Shown one piece after another: positions 1-8,353 of a stretch of 25,194 nucleotides of DNA. The stretch covers positions 21,110-46,303 of the forward strand of contig JAYENL010000059.1 of the NCBI GenBank assembly GCA_034722055.1, written 5' to 3'. Each line of letters opens with the position of its first letter. Positions within the stretch are counted from its first letter, which is position 1. The DNA comes from Armatimonadota bacterium (GTDB lineage: Bacteria > Armatimonadota > Zipacnadia > Zipacnadales > UBA5352). Made by a program: the position numbers and the translations under genes. The notes below the pieces were generated by a model that saw nothing but the letters and a program-made list of their open reading frames with translations, did not search any database and was not told the DNA's origin.

Positions 1-932
1 AGACGCTCGACGACGAAGTCCCGGCGCCGCTGGAACTGCTCGCACATCTCGCTCACGGACTCCTGCGGCCCGGTCAGGGCCTCGATGGTCGCCTGCTGGG
101 CGATGGTGTTGGGGCAGGAGGTGGACTGGCCCTGCAGGGCCCCGGCGCGCTTCACGATCTCCTCGGGGCCCAGGATCCACCCGATCCGCCAGCCGGTCAT
201 GGAGTAGCTCTTGGCCACGCCATCGACGATGATGGTGCGCTGCTTGATGCCCTCGCCGAGCATGGCCGGGCTGACGTGGTAGTTGTCGTCGAAGATGATA
301 TGCTTGTAGATCTCGTCGGAGATGATCAGCAGGTCGTGCTCCACGGCGATGTCCGCCAGGCCCTGCATGACCTCCCGGCCGTAGACCGCGCCCGAGGGGT
401 TGCAGGGGCTGTTGAGGAGGATGGCGACGGTGCGCGAGGAGACGGCCCTGTGCACGTCGTCGAGGTCCGGCTGGAAGTCGTTCTCGCCGCGAGTCTCGAC
501 GACCACCGGCGTGCCGCCGGCCACCCTGAGCTGATCCGGGTAGGTCACCCAGTAGGGGGAGAAGATGATCACCTCGTCGCCGGGGTCCACCAGGGTCATG
601 GCCAGGTTCATCAGGGAGTGCTTGGCCCCGTTGGAGACCAGGACCTGGGCGGTGTCGTAGTCCAGCCCCAGGTCCCGCCTGGCGGCCTGGACGATGGCCT
701 GCTTGACCTCCCGGGTGCCGGAGGCGGCGGTGTACTTGGTGTGACCCTCGTCCATGGCGCGCTTGGCGGCCTCGATGATGTTCTCAGGCGTGGGGAAGTC
801 GGGCTCGCCGACCGCGAAGGACAGCACGTCCTTGCCCTCCGCCTTCAGCTCCTCGGCCTTCAGCTTCATCGCCATGGTGGCCGAGGGGCTGATCTGCTTG
901 ACTCTCTGTGTGATCTTGTCCCCGATGCTCAT
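1..932 (-). CDS. aspC: PLP-dependent aminotransferase class I/II (aspartate aminotransferase), 3' end outside window
   Basis: Not in the ORF track; translated by hand from ATG at 932: MSIGDKITQRVKQISPSATMAMKLKAEELKAEGKDVLSFAVGEPDFPTP...GHTKYTAASG, later NSPCNPSG, ISDEIY and the PLP-lysine motif AKSYSMTGWRIGW. RBS AGGAG upstream. Confidence 0.93.
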   Translation of the reverse strand, partial: MSIGDKITQRVKQISPSATMAMKLKAEELKAEGKDVLSFAVGEPDFPTPENIIEAAKRAMDEGHTKYTAASGTREVKQAIVQAARRDLGLDYDTAQVLVSNGAKHSLMNLAMTLVDPGDEVIIFSPYWVTYPDQLRVAGGTPVVVETRGENDFQPDLDDVHRAVSSRTVAILLNSPCNPSGAVYGREVMQGLADIAVEHDLLIISDEIYKHIIFDDNYHVSPAMLGEGIKQRTIIVDGVAKSYSMTGWRIGWILGPEEIVKRAGALQGQSTSCPNTIAQQATIEALTGPQESVSEMCEQFQRRRDFVVER

Positions 933-947
933 GGCACTCGACTCCTG

Positions 948-1808
948 TCAGGGATGTCCGGCCGGCGGTGCCGGCGCGCTGAGATCATCGGTGGCAGGGG
1001 CATTACGGCCCGCAAGCACCGGACGCGGCAGGATTCGCCCCAGGCGCTCCAGCTCCCTCTTGACGGCCTCGAAGTCGGGGTCGAGGTGGGCGGCCCGGCG
1101 CAGGGCGTCCTCCGCGTCGCCGTACCGGCTCAGGCGGGCGTAAGCCACGCCCACGTGATAGAGGATCTCCGGGTTCTCGCTGGGGCTGAGGCGGCGGGCG
1201 CGCTCCAGGTAGAAGGCGGCATCGCGGTGGTTGCCCATGCGAAGCAGGGCCCACCCGAGGCTGTCCACGAAGCTGGCCTCCAGCGGGAACGCCTTGGTGG
1301 CGCGCTTGACGGCCCGGTAGGCTTCGTCGAGTCTGGCGGAGGCATCGGCCATGACGTAGCCCGCGTTGTTGAGCACGCCTGCATAGTCAGCGCGACCGAT
1401 CTGCCCCGCCTCGTAGAGCCGATGGGCCTCCTCGATGACCTCCAGGCAGATGCGCGCGCCGCGCTCGCGCTCCCCGGCCTGCATGAGGGCCTGGCCGAGG
1501 ACGATGCGGTCGGCGCGGCTGGGGTCCTCCTGGCCCTCGAGCAGCCGGACGGCCTTGCGCCAGGCGCGGGCGCTGACGTAGAGGTGGGCGGCCCGGGATC
1601 GCAGCTCCTCGTCCTGGGGCATCAGCGCCAGCGCCCGGTCGAGCTCTCTCTCGGCCCGGCTGGTGTGGCGGGGCAGCTCCAGCAGGTGCCTCTGCGCCTG
1701 CTGCATGTAGCGCATGGCAACGAACTCGCGGCGCATGCGGTCCGCGGTGCTGCAGCCGCCGAGGAGCACGGTGCAGAGGGCCAGCAGCGTCACTACAGGG
1801 CCCCTCAT
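948..1808 (-). CDS. TPR-repeat lipoprotein (286 aa)
   Basis: Start reassigned to the ATG at 1808, which overlaps the upstream stop (ATGA). Signal peptide with lipobox LLGGC; TPR motifs LNNAGY, DSLGWAL, EILYHVGVAY, AAHLDP. Confidence 0.85.
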   Translation of the reverse strand: MRGPVVTLLALCTVLLGGCSTADRMRREFVAMRYMQQAQRHLLELPRHTSRAERELDRALALMPQDEELRSRAAHLYVSARAWRKAVRLLEGQEDPSRADRIVLGQALMQAGERERGARICLEVIEEAHRLYEAGQIGRADYAGVLNNAGYVMADASARLDEAYRAVKRATKAFPLEASFVDSLGWALLRMGNHRDAAFYLERARRLSPSENPEILYHVGVAYARLSRYGDAEDALRRAAHLDPDFEAVKRELERLGRILPRPVLAGRNAPATDDLSAPAPPAGHP

Positions 1809-4800
1809 GTCAGCGCCCCCGGCGTGAACTGCTCGCCCACGAAGGCCACCACGTCGTAGTACTGCATCCCCAGGACGACCATCTGCTCGGCGGTGGCCGG
1901 GGAGGAGTAGACGGCGTAGGAGGTCGAGTAGCGCCACAGCTCCTCCCCTGTCGCAAGCGAGAGGGCATAGAGCGCACCGTCCTTGGAGCCGGCGAAGACC
2001 ACGCCGCCGCCTATGGCCGGCGAGGCCAGAATCTCGTCCTCGGTCTCGAACTGCCACAGCAGCGCGCCATCCTCCCGGCTGACGGCGTAGACGTTCCCAT
2101 CCATGCAGCCGAAGACCGCCAGGTCCTCCGACAGCGCCGGGCAGCAGCGCACCCGGCCGTCCACCTCAGTGCGCCAGACACGCTGGCGGTCCTGGACTCG
2201 CACCGCGTGCAGGGCCTCATCGTCAGAGCCGAAGTAGACCACGCCGTCGGCGCCACTGGCGGCGGCCGCGATGGGCTCGCCGGCGTCGTACTCCCAGAGC
2301 GGCTCGCCATCGTCCGGCCCCAGGCAGTAGAGCTTCCCGTCCCAGGAGCCGACGATGACCCGACCATCCGCGACCATGGGTGCGGCGGAGATCTCATCGT
2401 CCGCCCGGAAGTCCCAGTGCAGGCGGCCGTTGCGGGCATCGAGGGCCACCAGCCGCCCCTCCTGGTTGCCGGCCAGCACCGCGCCTGCGTGGATGGCGGG
2501 CGAGGAGCGGCTGGGCGCGCCGGTGTCGAAGTCCCAGGCGACGTCGCCCTCGCTGGCCCGGAGGCAGTAGACGCGGCCGTCGCGGGAGCTGATGAAGATC
2601 GCATCTGCTGTCAGGGCCGGGGTGGACTCCACGCGGTCGCCGGTCTTCGTCTCCCAGCGGAGCTGTCCGGAGGTGCTGTCGAGGGCATAGACGTAGCTGT
2701 CGCGGGAGCCGACGCAGACGAGGCCCCGGGCGACCGCTGGTCCGCCCACCACCGGCCCACGGGTCTGGAAGCGCCAGCGCACGCGCAGCGGCGGCGTGAC
2801 CTCGTCGGTGGCCCGTCCGGTCCGAGCCATGTTGGCGTGGAACGCGGCCCACTCCTCGAACTGCTGTGCGCGCTCCTGCTGCTCGAGGACCTCCTGGCGC
2901 ATCTCCCGGACCGTCTCGTGTCCGGTCTCGGTGGTGGCCAGCCGGTCGGCCTCGTCAAGCAGTTCCAGGGCGGGCTCGAACTCCCGCCGCTGGGCGTGCG
3001 CCATGCCCAGCGCGAAGGCGATCTGCGCCGACCGCGGCTGGCTGCGGCGGGCGGACCGGATCTCGTCCACCGCCCGGGGGTCCTGGGCCACGCGGCCCAG
3101 GGCGTAGGCCACGGCCCAGGGCGCGTCGGGGCTCTCTCGCAGTCGCCGCAGGAGGATGCGGGTGGTGGACTCGGCGTCCATCTCCATCAGCGCCTCCGCC
3201 ACCTCGTCGCGCATCTGCTCGTCGTCGTCCCGCAGGGCCTGGGCCAGGGGCCGAAGCGCCCGGCGGCTCTCGATGCGTCCCAGGGCGTAGGCGGCCAGAT
3301 GCCGCTCATCGTCGCTGCCCCGGCCCAGGATGTGCACCAGCTCCCGGTCCAGACCGCGCAGGTACTCCTCGGCCAGCTCTCTGATCTCCTCCTGCTCATC
3401 GTCGAGCAGGGCCACCAGCTCCTCCAGGTAGGCCCGAGACACGTGCGGCCCCAGCGCCCGCAGGGCCGCCTTGCGCACGTGCACCTGGTCGTCGCGGAGC
3501 ATGTCCTTGAGGGTGGGCTCCATCAGCTCCTCCAGCTCGTCGATGCGCCCCAGCCAGTAGCCGACGGCGTGCTCCCGCCGCAGCGCGCTGCGCACGATCA
3601 GCGCCATCTCCTCGGGGGAGATGGTCAGCTCGTTGCGGTAGGCGCCGATCAGTCGCAAGGCTCCCTCCTGCATCAGGAGGCCGAACTTCTGGTAGTTGCC
3701 CAGCTCGCGAGTGAGCAGGTCCTGGACGTCCTTCACCTCGATCTGCCGCTCTGTCATCCAGTCATCGATCTTGCGGGCGATGTAGTCGTGCACGACCTCG
3801 TACTGGCGGCTGTCGGGCCTGCCCACCCTCCGGACCAGTCGCAGGTCCTCGAGGCGGGCCAGGATGCGCTCCACGTTCTCCTCGCTCTGGCCCACCTCCG
3901 CGGCGATACGTTCCACGGTGCGCACCGCCTTCAGCTCCGAGGAGGCCACCATCTGCTTGAGGATGTTGCGTACCAGCCGCCGCTCCCAGGCGGGGAGCTG
4001 GTGGAGGGCGTGCTCGAGGTAGTCGCGCAGGATGCGGTCAGCGCCCTCAAGCTGCTCGTAGGCGTGGGGGCTGATGACGTGCTGGCCCGGGGAGAGGGAC
4101 TGGTAGAGGCGATCCATGACGATCTGCAGCTCGGTGGGCTCGCAGGCGCCGTCGTGGCAGAGGTCCTCCAGGACGCGATCGACCAGCTCCTCCTCCACAG
4201 TGAGCCGGAAGTTGGAGGCGGCCTTCACGGCCGCCACCTTGGCCTGGCGGGAGCTGAGCTTGCGCAGCCGGTAGACGTTGTGGAGGATGGTGGGGAAGTG
4301 CTCCTGCAGATCGTAGAGCCGACCGAGGTAGTCCTCGCGTATGCTGACAAGCACCCGCAGCTCCTCCCCGGACTGTTCCAGGGCCTCGCAGAGCTGCTCG
4401 GCGAACTCCTGCTGCAGGCGGTCGCCGGTCTTCACGAAGTACTCCTCGAACTGGTCGATGATGAGCACCACGGGCCGCCCGGAGACCTCCGCCGCCTCGG
4501 TCAGCAAGTCATGCAGGGACTTGCGGTCGGCCTCCACCTCGCCGAGGTCCTGTTCCCGGAGGGTGTCCGGAACGGCCTCCCGCGTGGCCTCCAGCGGGTC
4601 ATCGCCGCAGCGCACGTAGATGGGCAGCCAGGTGGTGCCGTGCTCCTCATCGGCCTCATCGGCCTCGTCGAGCATCCGCGCCATCACACCCGCGCACAGC
4701 AGCGAGGTCTTGCCCCGCCCCATGGCCCCGAAGAGCACGCTGAGCCTGTGCTCCCGGATCATGTCGATGACGTCCTCGGTCTCCTGCTCGCGGCCGAAGA

Positions 4801-5785
4801 ACAGCTCGGCGTCCTCCACCCGGTAGTGATCGAGGAAGCGGTAGGGCCCGCCGGCGAGCACGCTGAGCGTGGGGCCGGACTTCCTGGCCCTGCGGGTGCT
4901 GCGGCGGTGGCGCCGGACGCGGTCCTCCAGCTCGCTGAAGAAGCTGCTGGGCTCGCCGGGCTCCCGGCACACCAGGTGGCGGGCCGAGGAGCGGGCGGCC
5001 AGCATCTCGGTGACCCGGGGCTGGAGGCGATGATACTCCACGCTGTCGGGGCTCTCCATCTTCAGCTCCTGGAAGAGCTCCTCGTCATTCATGGGGATGA
5101 TGCGGTTGATCCAGAAGACCCGGTCGCCCTCCCGGGGGATGTGGGGGATGAAGGCCCGGTCCCGCTCCGTGTAGCCCACGAACAGCGCCAGGGTCTTGAA
5201 GGCGGCCTCGATCACCGGCCCGATGGCGTCGATGGCAGCATCCACCTCCGCCTGCGCCAGTGGCAGGAAGTCACCAGTCATCGACCCGGCGCACTTGACG
5301 ACCGCCACGCGGGTGGAGCCGGAGATGGCCAGCTCGATCTCGTCGGGGTCGTCCTGGCCAGCCGCCAGAAGGTGGTAGTCCTTCTCGGGCTCCATGTGCT
5401 GGTTGTGCAGCGCCCGCTGGAGCAGGTTCGTGGGGTCGGTGGTGAAGATGGCCGGGAAGTAGCGCTCGGAGATCATCCGGCCCAGACGGGTGTGCGCCTC
5501 GCTGGGCCACCGCTCCTGCACCAGAGGGCGGAGCCGCCGACAGCGCTCAAGGTGTGACGGAACGCGCTCGGCCATCAGCTCCAGCGCGACCTGGCCGGGC
5601 TCCTCCTCGGGCAGCTCCACGTCGTGCTCGCGCGCCCAGTCGATGGCCATGTCGCGCAGCAGGCGCTCGATGGTCAGCTCATCGGGCGAGGTGCGGACGG
5701 CGCTGCCCATGAGGATCACGTGCCGTCCGAGCTCGTTGCGTCGGGCTTTCACATAGTCGGCTATCGCCGATATCATAGCACTCAT
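1805..5785 (-). CDS. Multidomain STAND NTPase: degenerate SIR2-like domain, nSTAND1-type NTPase, HEAT repeats, TPR, 8-repeat PQQ/BamB-like beta-propeller
   Basis: PYRFLDHY..D..FFGRE, Walker A GAMGRGKTS, Walker B LIIDQFEE, SIREDY, YEVVHD. HEAT-like VRKAALRALG and LAAYALGRI. Eight ~40-aa W...P......V..GS.DG..YAL....G repeats. N-terminal SIR2_2-like motif order (ILMGSAV, IFTTD, VVKCAGS, LFVGY..RD). Confidence 0.85.
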   Translation of the reverse strand: MSAMISAIADYVKARRNELGRHVILMGSAVRTSPDELTIERLLRDMAIDWAREHDVELPEEEPGQVALELMAERVPSHLERCRRLRPLVQERWPSEAHTRLGRMISERYFPAIFTTDPTNLLQRALHNQHMEPEKDYHLLAAGQDDPDEIELAISGSTRVAVVKCAGSMTGDFLPLAQAEVDAAIDAIGPVIEAAFKTLALFVGYTERDRAFIPHIPREGDRVFWINRIIPMNDEELFQELKMESPDSVEYHRLQPRVTEMLAARSSARHLVCREPGEPSSFFSELEDRVRRHRRSTRRARKSGPTLSVLAGGPYRFLDHYRVEDAELFFGREQETEDVIDMIREHRLSVLFGAMGRGKTSLLCAGVMARMLDEADEADEEHGTTWLPIYVRCGDDPLEATREAVPDTLREQDLGEVEADRKSLHDLLTEAAEVSGRPVVLIIDQFEEYFVKTGDRLQQEFAEQLCEALEQSGEELRVLVSIREDYLGRLYDLQEHFPTILHNVYRLRKLSSRQAKVAAVKAASNFRLTVEEELVDRVLEDLCHDGACEPTELQIVMDRLYQSLSPGQHVISPHAYEQLEGADRILRDYLEHALHQLPAWERRLVRNILKQMVASSELKAVRTVERIAAEVGQSEENVERILARLEDLRLVRRVGRPDSRQYEVVHDYIARKIDDWMTERQIEVKDVQDLLTRELGNYQKFGLLMQEGALRLIGAYRNELTISPEEMALIVRSALRREHAVGYWLGRIDELEELMEPTLKDMLRDDQVHVRKAALRALGPHVSRAYLEELVALLDDEQEEIRELAEEYLRGLDRELVHILGRGSDDERHLAAYALGRIESRRALRPLAQALRDDDEQMRDEVAEALMEMDAESTTRILLRRLRESPDAPWAVAYALGRVAQDPRAVDEIRSARRSQPRSAQIAFALGMAHAQRREFEPALELLDEADRLATTETGHETVREMRQEVLEQQERAQQFEEWAAFHANMARTGRATDEVTPPLRVRWRFQTRGPVVGGPAVARGLVCVGSRDSYVYALDSTSGQLRWETKTGDRVESTPALTADAIFISSRDGRVYCLRASEGDVAWDFDTGAPSRSSPAIHAGAVLAGNQEGRLVALDARNGRLHWDFRADDEISAAPMVADGRVIVGSWDGKLYCLGPDDGEPLWEYDAGEPIAAAASGADGVVYFGSDDEALHAVRVQDRQRVWRTEVDGRVRCCPALSEDLAVFGCMDGNVYAVSREDGALLWQFETEDEILASPAIGGGVVFAGSKDGALYALSLATGEELWRYSTSYAVYSSPATAEQMVVLGMQYYDVVAFVGEQFTPGALT

Positions 5786-5824
5786 CCCCGTCGTCCAGGC
5801 GCGTCACGGTCCGGCCACGGATGC

Positions 5825-5852
5825 CTTCGCCCCCGGCGGCGCGCCGGCCTGC
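5825..5852 (-). promoter_or_regulatory. Putative alternative-sigma (SigH-like) promoter GCAGGC-N16-GCGAAG
   Basis: About 40 nt upstream of the 5785 ATG; same bipartite motif recurs upstream of other genes in the window. Confidence 0.5.
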
Positions 5853-5892
5853 ACGGTGCCAGCGGAGCCGCAAGAGCGATGGGAAAGGCAGA

Positions 5893-5976
5893 CGGGGCGG
5901 CGGTCAGCCGCCCCGGAGGGTGTCTTCGATCCCGGATTGCTGGTCCCATCCCGGTCCGCCGCCCGACCGGGCGGCG
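5893..5976 (-). terminator. Two GC hairpins downstream of the tRNA (possible terminator or processing signal)
   Basis: CGGGGCGGC/GCCGCCCCG (5893-5915, 9-bp stem) and CGCCGCCC/GGGCGGCG (5957-5976, 8-bp stem); only a weak U-tract. Confidence 0.4.
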
Positions 5977-5992
5977 CCTTGTGGTCTCATCA

Positions 5993-6068
5993 TGGTGGGC
6001 CCGGCTGGACTCGAACCAGCGACCAACCGGTTATGAGCCGGTTGCTCTAACCTCTGAGCTACGGGCCC
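5993..6068 (-). tRNA. tRNA with CAT anticodon, most likely tRNA-Ile2 (lysidine-modified)
   Basis: GGGCCCGTAGCTCAGAGGTTAGAGCAACCGGCTCATAACCGGTTGGTCGCTGGTTCGAGTCCAGCCGGGCCCACCA: 76-nt cloverleaf with encoded CCA. G1-C72 is paired, so it is not an initiator. Elongator Met is not formally excluded. Confidence 0.9.
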
Positions 6069-6079
6069 TTTGCAGCCAG

Positions 6080-6108
6080 ATTATACCTCTGCCGCGGCGG
6101 GACGTCAA
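6080..6108 (-). promoter_or_regulatory. Sigma70/SigA promoter of the tRNA
   Basis: TTGACG-N17-TATAAT ending 12 nt upstream of the mature tRNA. Confidence 0.85.
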
Positions 6109-6214
6109 CGCTGACGCCGGCTCCGGTGCGAATCGGTAGTGTCGGCGCCCCGCGCGGGCGAGGACGCCCCGCCTCAACACTCCCATCCGTTGCGGCGGGA
6201 AGCCGGTTGTTGGT

Positions 6215-8296
6215 CTACTCCAGGTAGTCGCGCAGGACCTTGTTGCGGCTGGGGTGCCGGAGCTTCTTGAGGGCCTTGGCCTCGATCTGCCGGATGCGCT
6301 CGCGGGTGACCTCGAAGATGTGCCCCACCTCCTCCAGCGTCCGCGAGTAGCCGTCCTCGAGGCCGAAGCGGAGCTTCAGCACCTCCCGCTCCCGCTCGGT
6401 GAGGTTGTCGAGGACCTTCTCGAGCTGCTCGCGGAGCACGGAGTTGGAGGCCACGTCCACGGGTGTGCCGACCTCCTCGTCCTGCACGAAGTCCCCCAGG
6501 TGGCTGTCCTCCTCCTCGCCCACCGGGGCCTCCAGCGACAGCGGATCGTGGCCGATGCGGTTGATCTCCGCCACCCGCTCCTCGGGCATGTCCAGCTCCG
6601 CGGCCAGCTCCTCGAGCGTCGGTTCCCTGCCGAGCTGCTGCAGGAGCATCCGGGAGGTGCGGTGCACACGGTTGATGGTCTCCACCATGTGAACGGGGAT
6701 GCGGATGATGCGCCCCTGGTCGGCGATGGCCCGGGTGATGGCCTGGCGGATCCACCACGTTGCATAGGTGCTGAACTTGTAGCCCTTCTTGTAGTCGAAC
6801 TTCTCCACCGCCCGCATCAGCCCCATGTTGCCCTCCTGAATGAGGTCCAGGAAGCTGAGGGTGGAGCGGCCGGCGTACTTGCGGGCGATGCTCACCACCA
6901 GGCGCAGATTCGCGTCTGCGAGGGCCTGAACCGCCTCCTCGTCCCGGAGCTTGAGCGCCTCGGCGTGCACGCTGTGTGGATCGATCTGGTTGTTGAAGTA
7001 CGCGACGACCTCACACCGGGGGCTGACCGCACGCTCCTCGTCGGCAGGACTGCGGCTGACCACCCCCGGCTCGGCGGCCCGCTGCCCGGCGATGAACTCG
7101 AAGCTCACCGGCTCCTGCAGCGGGAAGCCGGCGACGCCCTGCACGCCCTCCTCCCCGGCGTGCAGCTCCACGCGGTAGGTCATTCGGCCCGCCCACGGCT
7201 CCTGGGGCACGATCCGCAGGCAGCGCGCCTCCGGACTGTAGTGCACGGAGACGGCCACCTCCTGGCCCATGGAGTCGGTGACCGACATGGCCTTGCGCCT
7301 CACGCTCCTGGGGACGAGGTCCCGGTCGAGGCGTACGGCCACTGCGGAGGCGGGGTTAACCCCCACAGCGCCCGGCTCCGGGCTGGTCTCCACCACACGG
7401 GGGGCGGCCTTCTGGGTGGTCGTCGAGAACCGGAAGGTGACGTCCTTGCGGACTCGCTCGCCGCCCTCGCCGACCACCCCGTCCTCGCCCCCGCGAACGG
7501 TGACCACGAACTCGTTGCGGTGCAGCAGATTCTCGGAGGGGCGGAAGACGACCGTCTCGGGGTCGTCGCCGGGGCTGACCGTCCCCTCCACCGCCCGGCC
7601 GCGCGTATCCTCTACCTGGATGACGTCATTGGTCACTGACTCCGGCTCGAGGCCGGCGCTGAAGCGCACCTGGATGTCACGGTGTACCTCCACGTCCTCC
7701 TCGTTGTCGGCCGGGCGCGTTTCCCGAACCGTCAGCGGGGCGCTGGAGACCTTGGTGGTGAACGACCAGGAGACGTTGTTGCCCAGGTTCCGGCCGCGAA
7801 TGTCGCACAGGCCGTCCTCGGAGCCGTCGATGGTCACGGTGTAGGTGGTGCCCGGTCGCAGCCGCTTATCGGCCCGGAAGAGCACGCAGTTGCGGGCGGG
7901 ATCGAACCGTGCCGTCCCCTCCCCGAGGTGGATGCGCTTGGCCAGCTCCACCTCCTCGTCGGCGCTGAGCAGCGGCACCTTGCCGATGTTGCGCAGGTAC
8001 ATGCGCACGGAGTCATCGACCGGAACCGAGTCCGGCTCGCTGAAGTCGGTCTCCTCCAGGTCCTCGTCCTCCTCCTTATCCTCCTCCAGAGCATCCTCGG
8101 CGGAGGAGCCGACGCGGACATCCGCCTCCCCCAGCAGCGTGTAGACCTCCTCGATGTCCTCCGTCTCGAGGTCCTCGACGTCGCCGAGCGCATCCTGAAT
8201 CTCCCCGTAGGTCAGGTAGCCCTGCTCCTGGCCCTTGCGGATCAGACCCTTAACCTCGGCGAGGTCTTTGACCTCCTGGTCCTTCCCCTTCGCCAA
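6215..8296 (-). CDS. rpoD: Primary RNA polymerase sigma factor (RpoD/SigA) with an internal Ig-like domain insert
   Basis: Region 1.1 ([12 protein letters not shown]), 1.2 ([17 protein letters not shown]), 2 ([38 protein letters not shown]), 3 and 4 ([22 protein letters not shown]). Directly downstream of dnaG; TTG start with GGGAG RBS. Confidence 0.96.
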   Translation of the reverse strand: MAKGKDQEVKDLAEVKGLIRKGQEQGYLTYGEIQDALGDVEDLETEDIEEVYTLLGEADVRVGSSAEDALEEDKEEDEDLEETDFSEPDSVPVDDSVRMYLRNIGKVPLLSADEEVELAKRIHLGEGTARFDPARNCVLFRADKRLRPGTTYTVTIDGSEDGLCDIRGRNLGNNVSWSFTTKVSSAPLTVRETRPADNEEDVEVHRDIQVRFSAGLEPESVTNDVIQVEDTRGRAVEGTVSPGDDPETVVFRPSENLLHRNEFVVTVRGGEDGVVGEGGERVRKDVTFRFSTTTQKAAPRVVETSPEPGAVGVNPASAVAVRLDRDLVPRSVRRKAMSVTDSMGQEVAVSVHYSPEARCLRIVPQEPWAGRMTYRVELHAGEEGVQGVAGFPLQEPVSFEFIAGQRAAEPGVVSRSPADEERAVSPRCEVVAYFNNQIDPHSVHAEALKLRDEEAVQALADANLRLVVSIARKYAGRSTLSFLDLIQEGNMGLMRAVEKFDYKKGYKFSTYATWWIRQAITRAIADQGRIIRIPVHMVETINRVHRTSRMLLQQLGREPTLEELAAELDMPEERVAEINRIGHDPLSLEAPVGEEEDSHLGDFVQDEEVGTPVDVASNSVLREQLEKVLDNLTEREREVLKLRFGLEDGYSRTLEEVGHIFEVTRERIRQIEAKALKKLRHPSRNKVLRDYLE
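6944..7921 (-). repeat. In-frame 326-aa insert of Big_5/SbsA-like Ig repeats within rpoD (C-half, 2 full, N-half)
   Basis: Repeat consensus P.V..T.P......V....I.V.F...LDP.SV....I.V.D..G..V.G.V.......V.F.P...L....Y.V...G...G......G......F.F.T appears at aa ~187-292 and ~298-403, with half copies at aa 126-181 and ~409-451. Confidence 0.85.
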
Positions 8297-8353
8297 CCAG
8301 TCCAGCTCCCTTCGGCAATCGGGCGCTCGCGGCGTCAGCCGCGGGCCCGGACA

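Noticed and set aside
1835..2780. BamB or PQQ-dependent dehydrogenase
   Set aside because: The propeller is the C-terminal part of a STAND protein with no signal peptide, so a sensor or scaffold role is more likely.
5993..6068. Initiator tRNA-fMet, or a tRNA used as a prophage/island attachment site
   Set aside because: G1-C72 is paired and the three consecutive G-C anticodon-stem pairs of initiators are absent. No integrase or duplicated tRNA 3' end was seen.
6140..6175. Intrinsic terminator after rpoD
   Set aside because: Only an imperfect GC stem with no U-tract; not supportable.
6944..7921. Intein or intron in rpoD
   Set aside because: Insert starts with Glu and ends with Arg: no Cys/Ser start, no His-Asn end, no +1 nucleophile, no endonuclease motifs. 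The frame is open and the content is Ig repeats.
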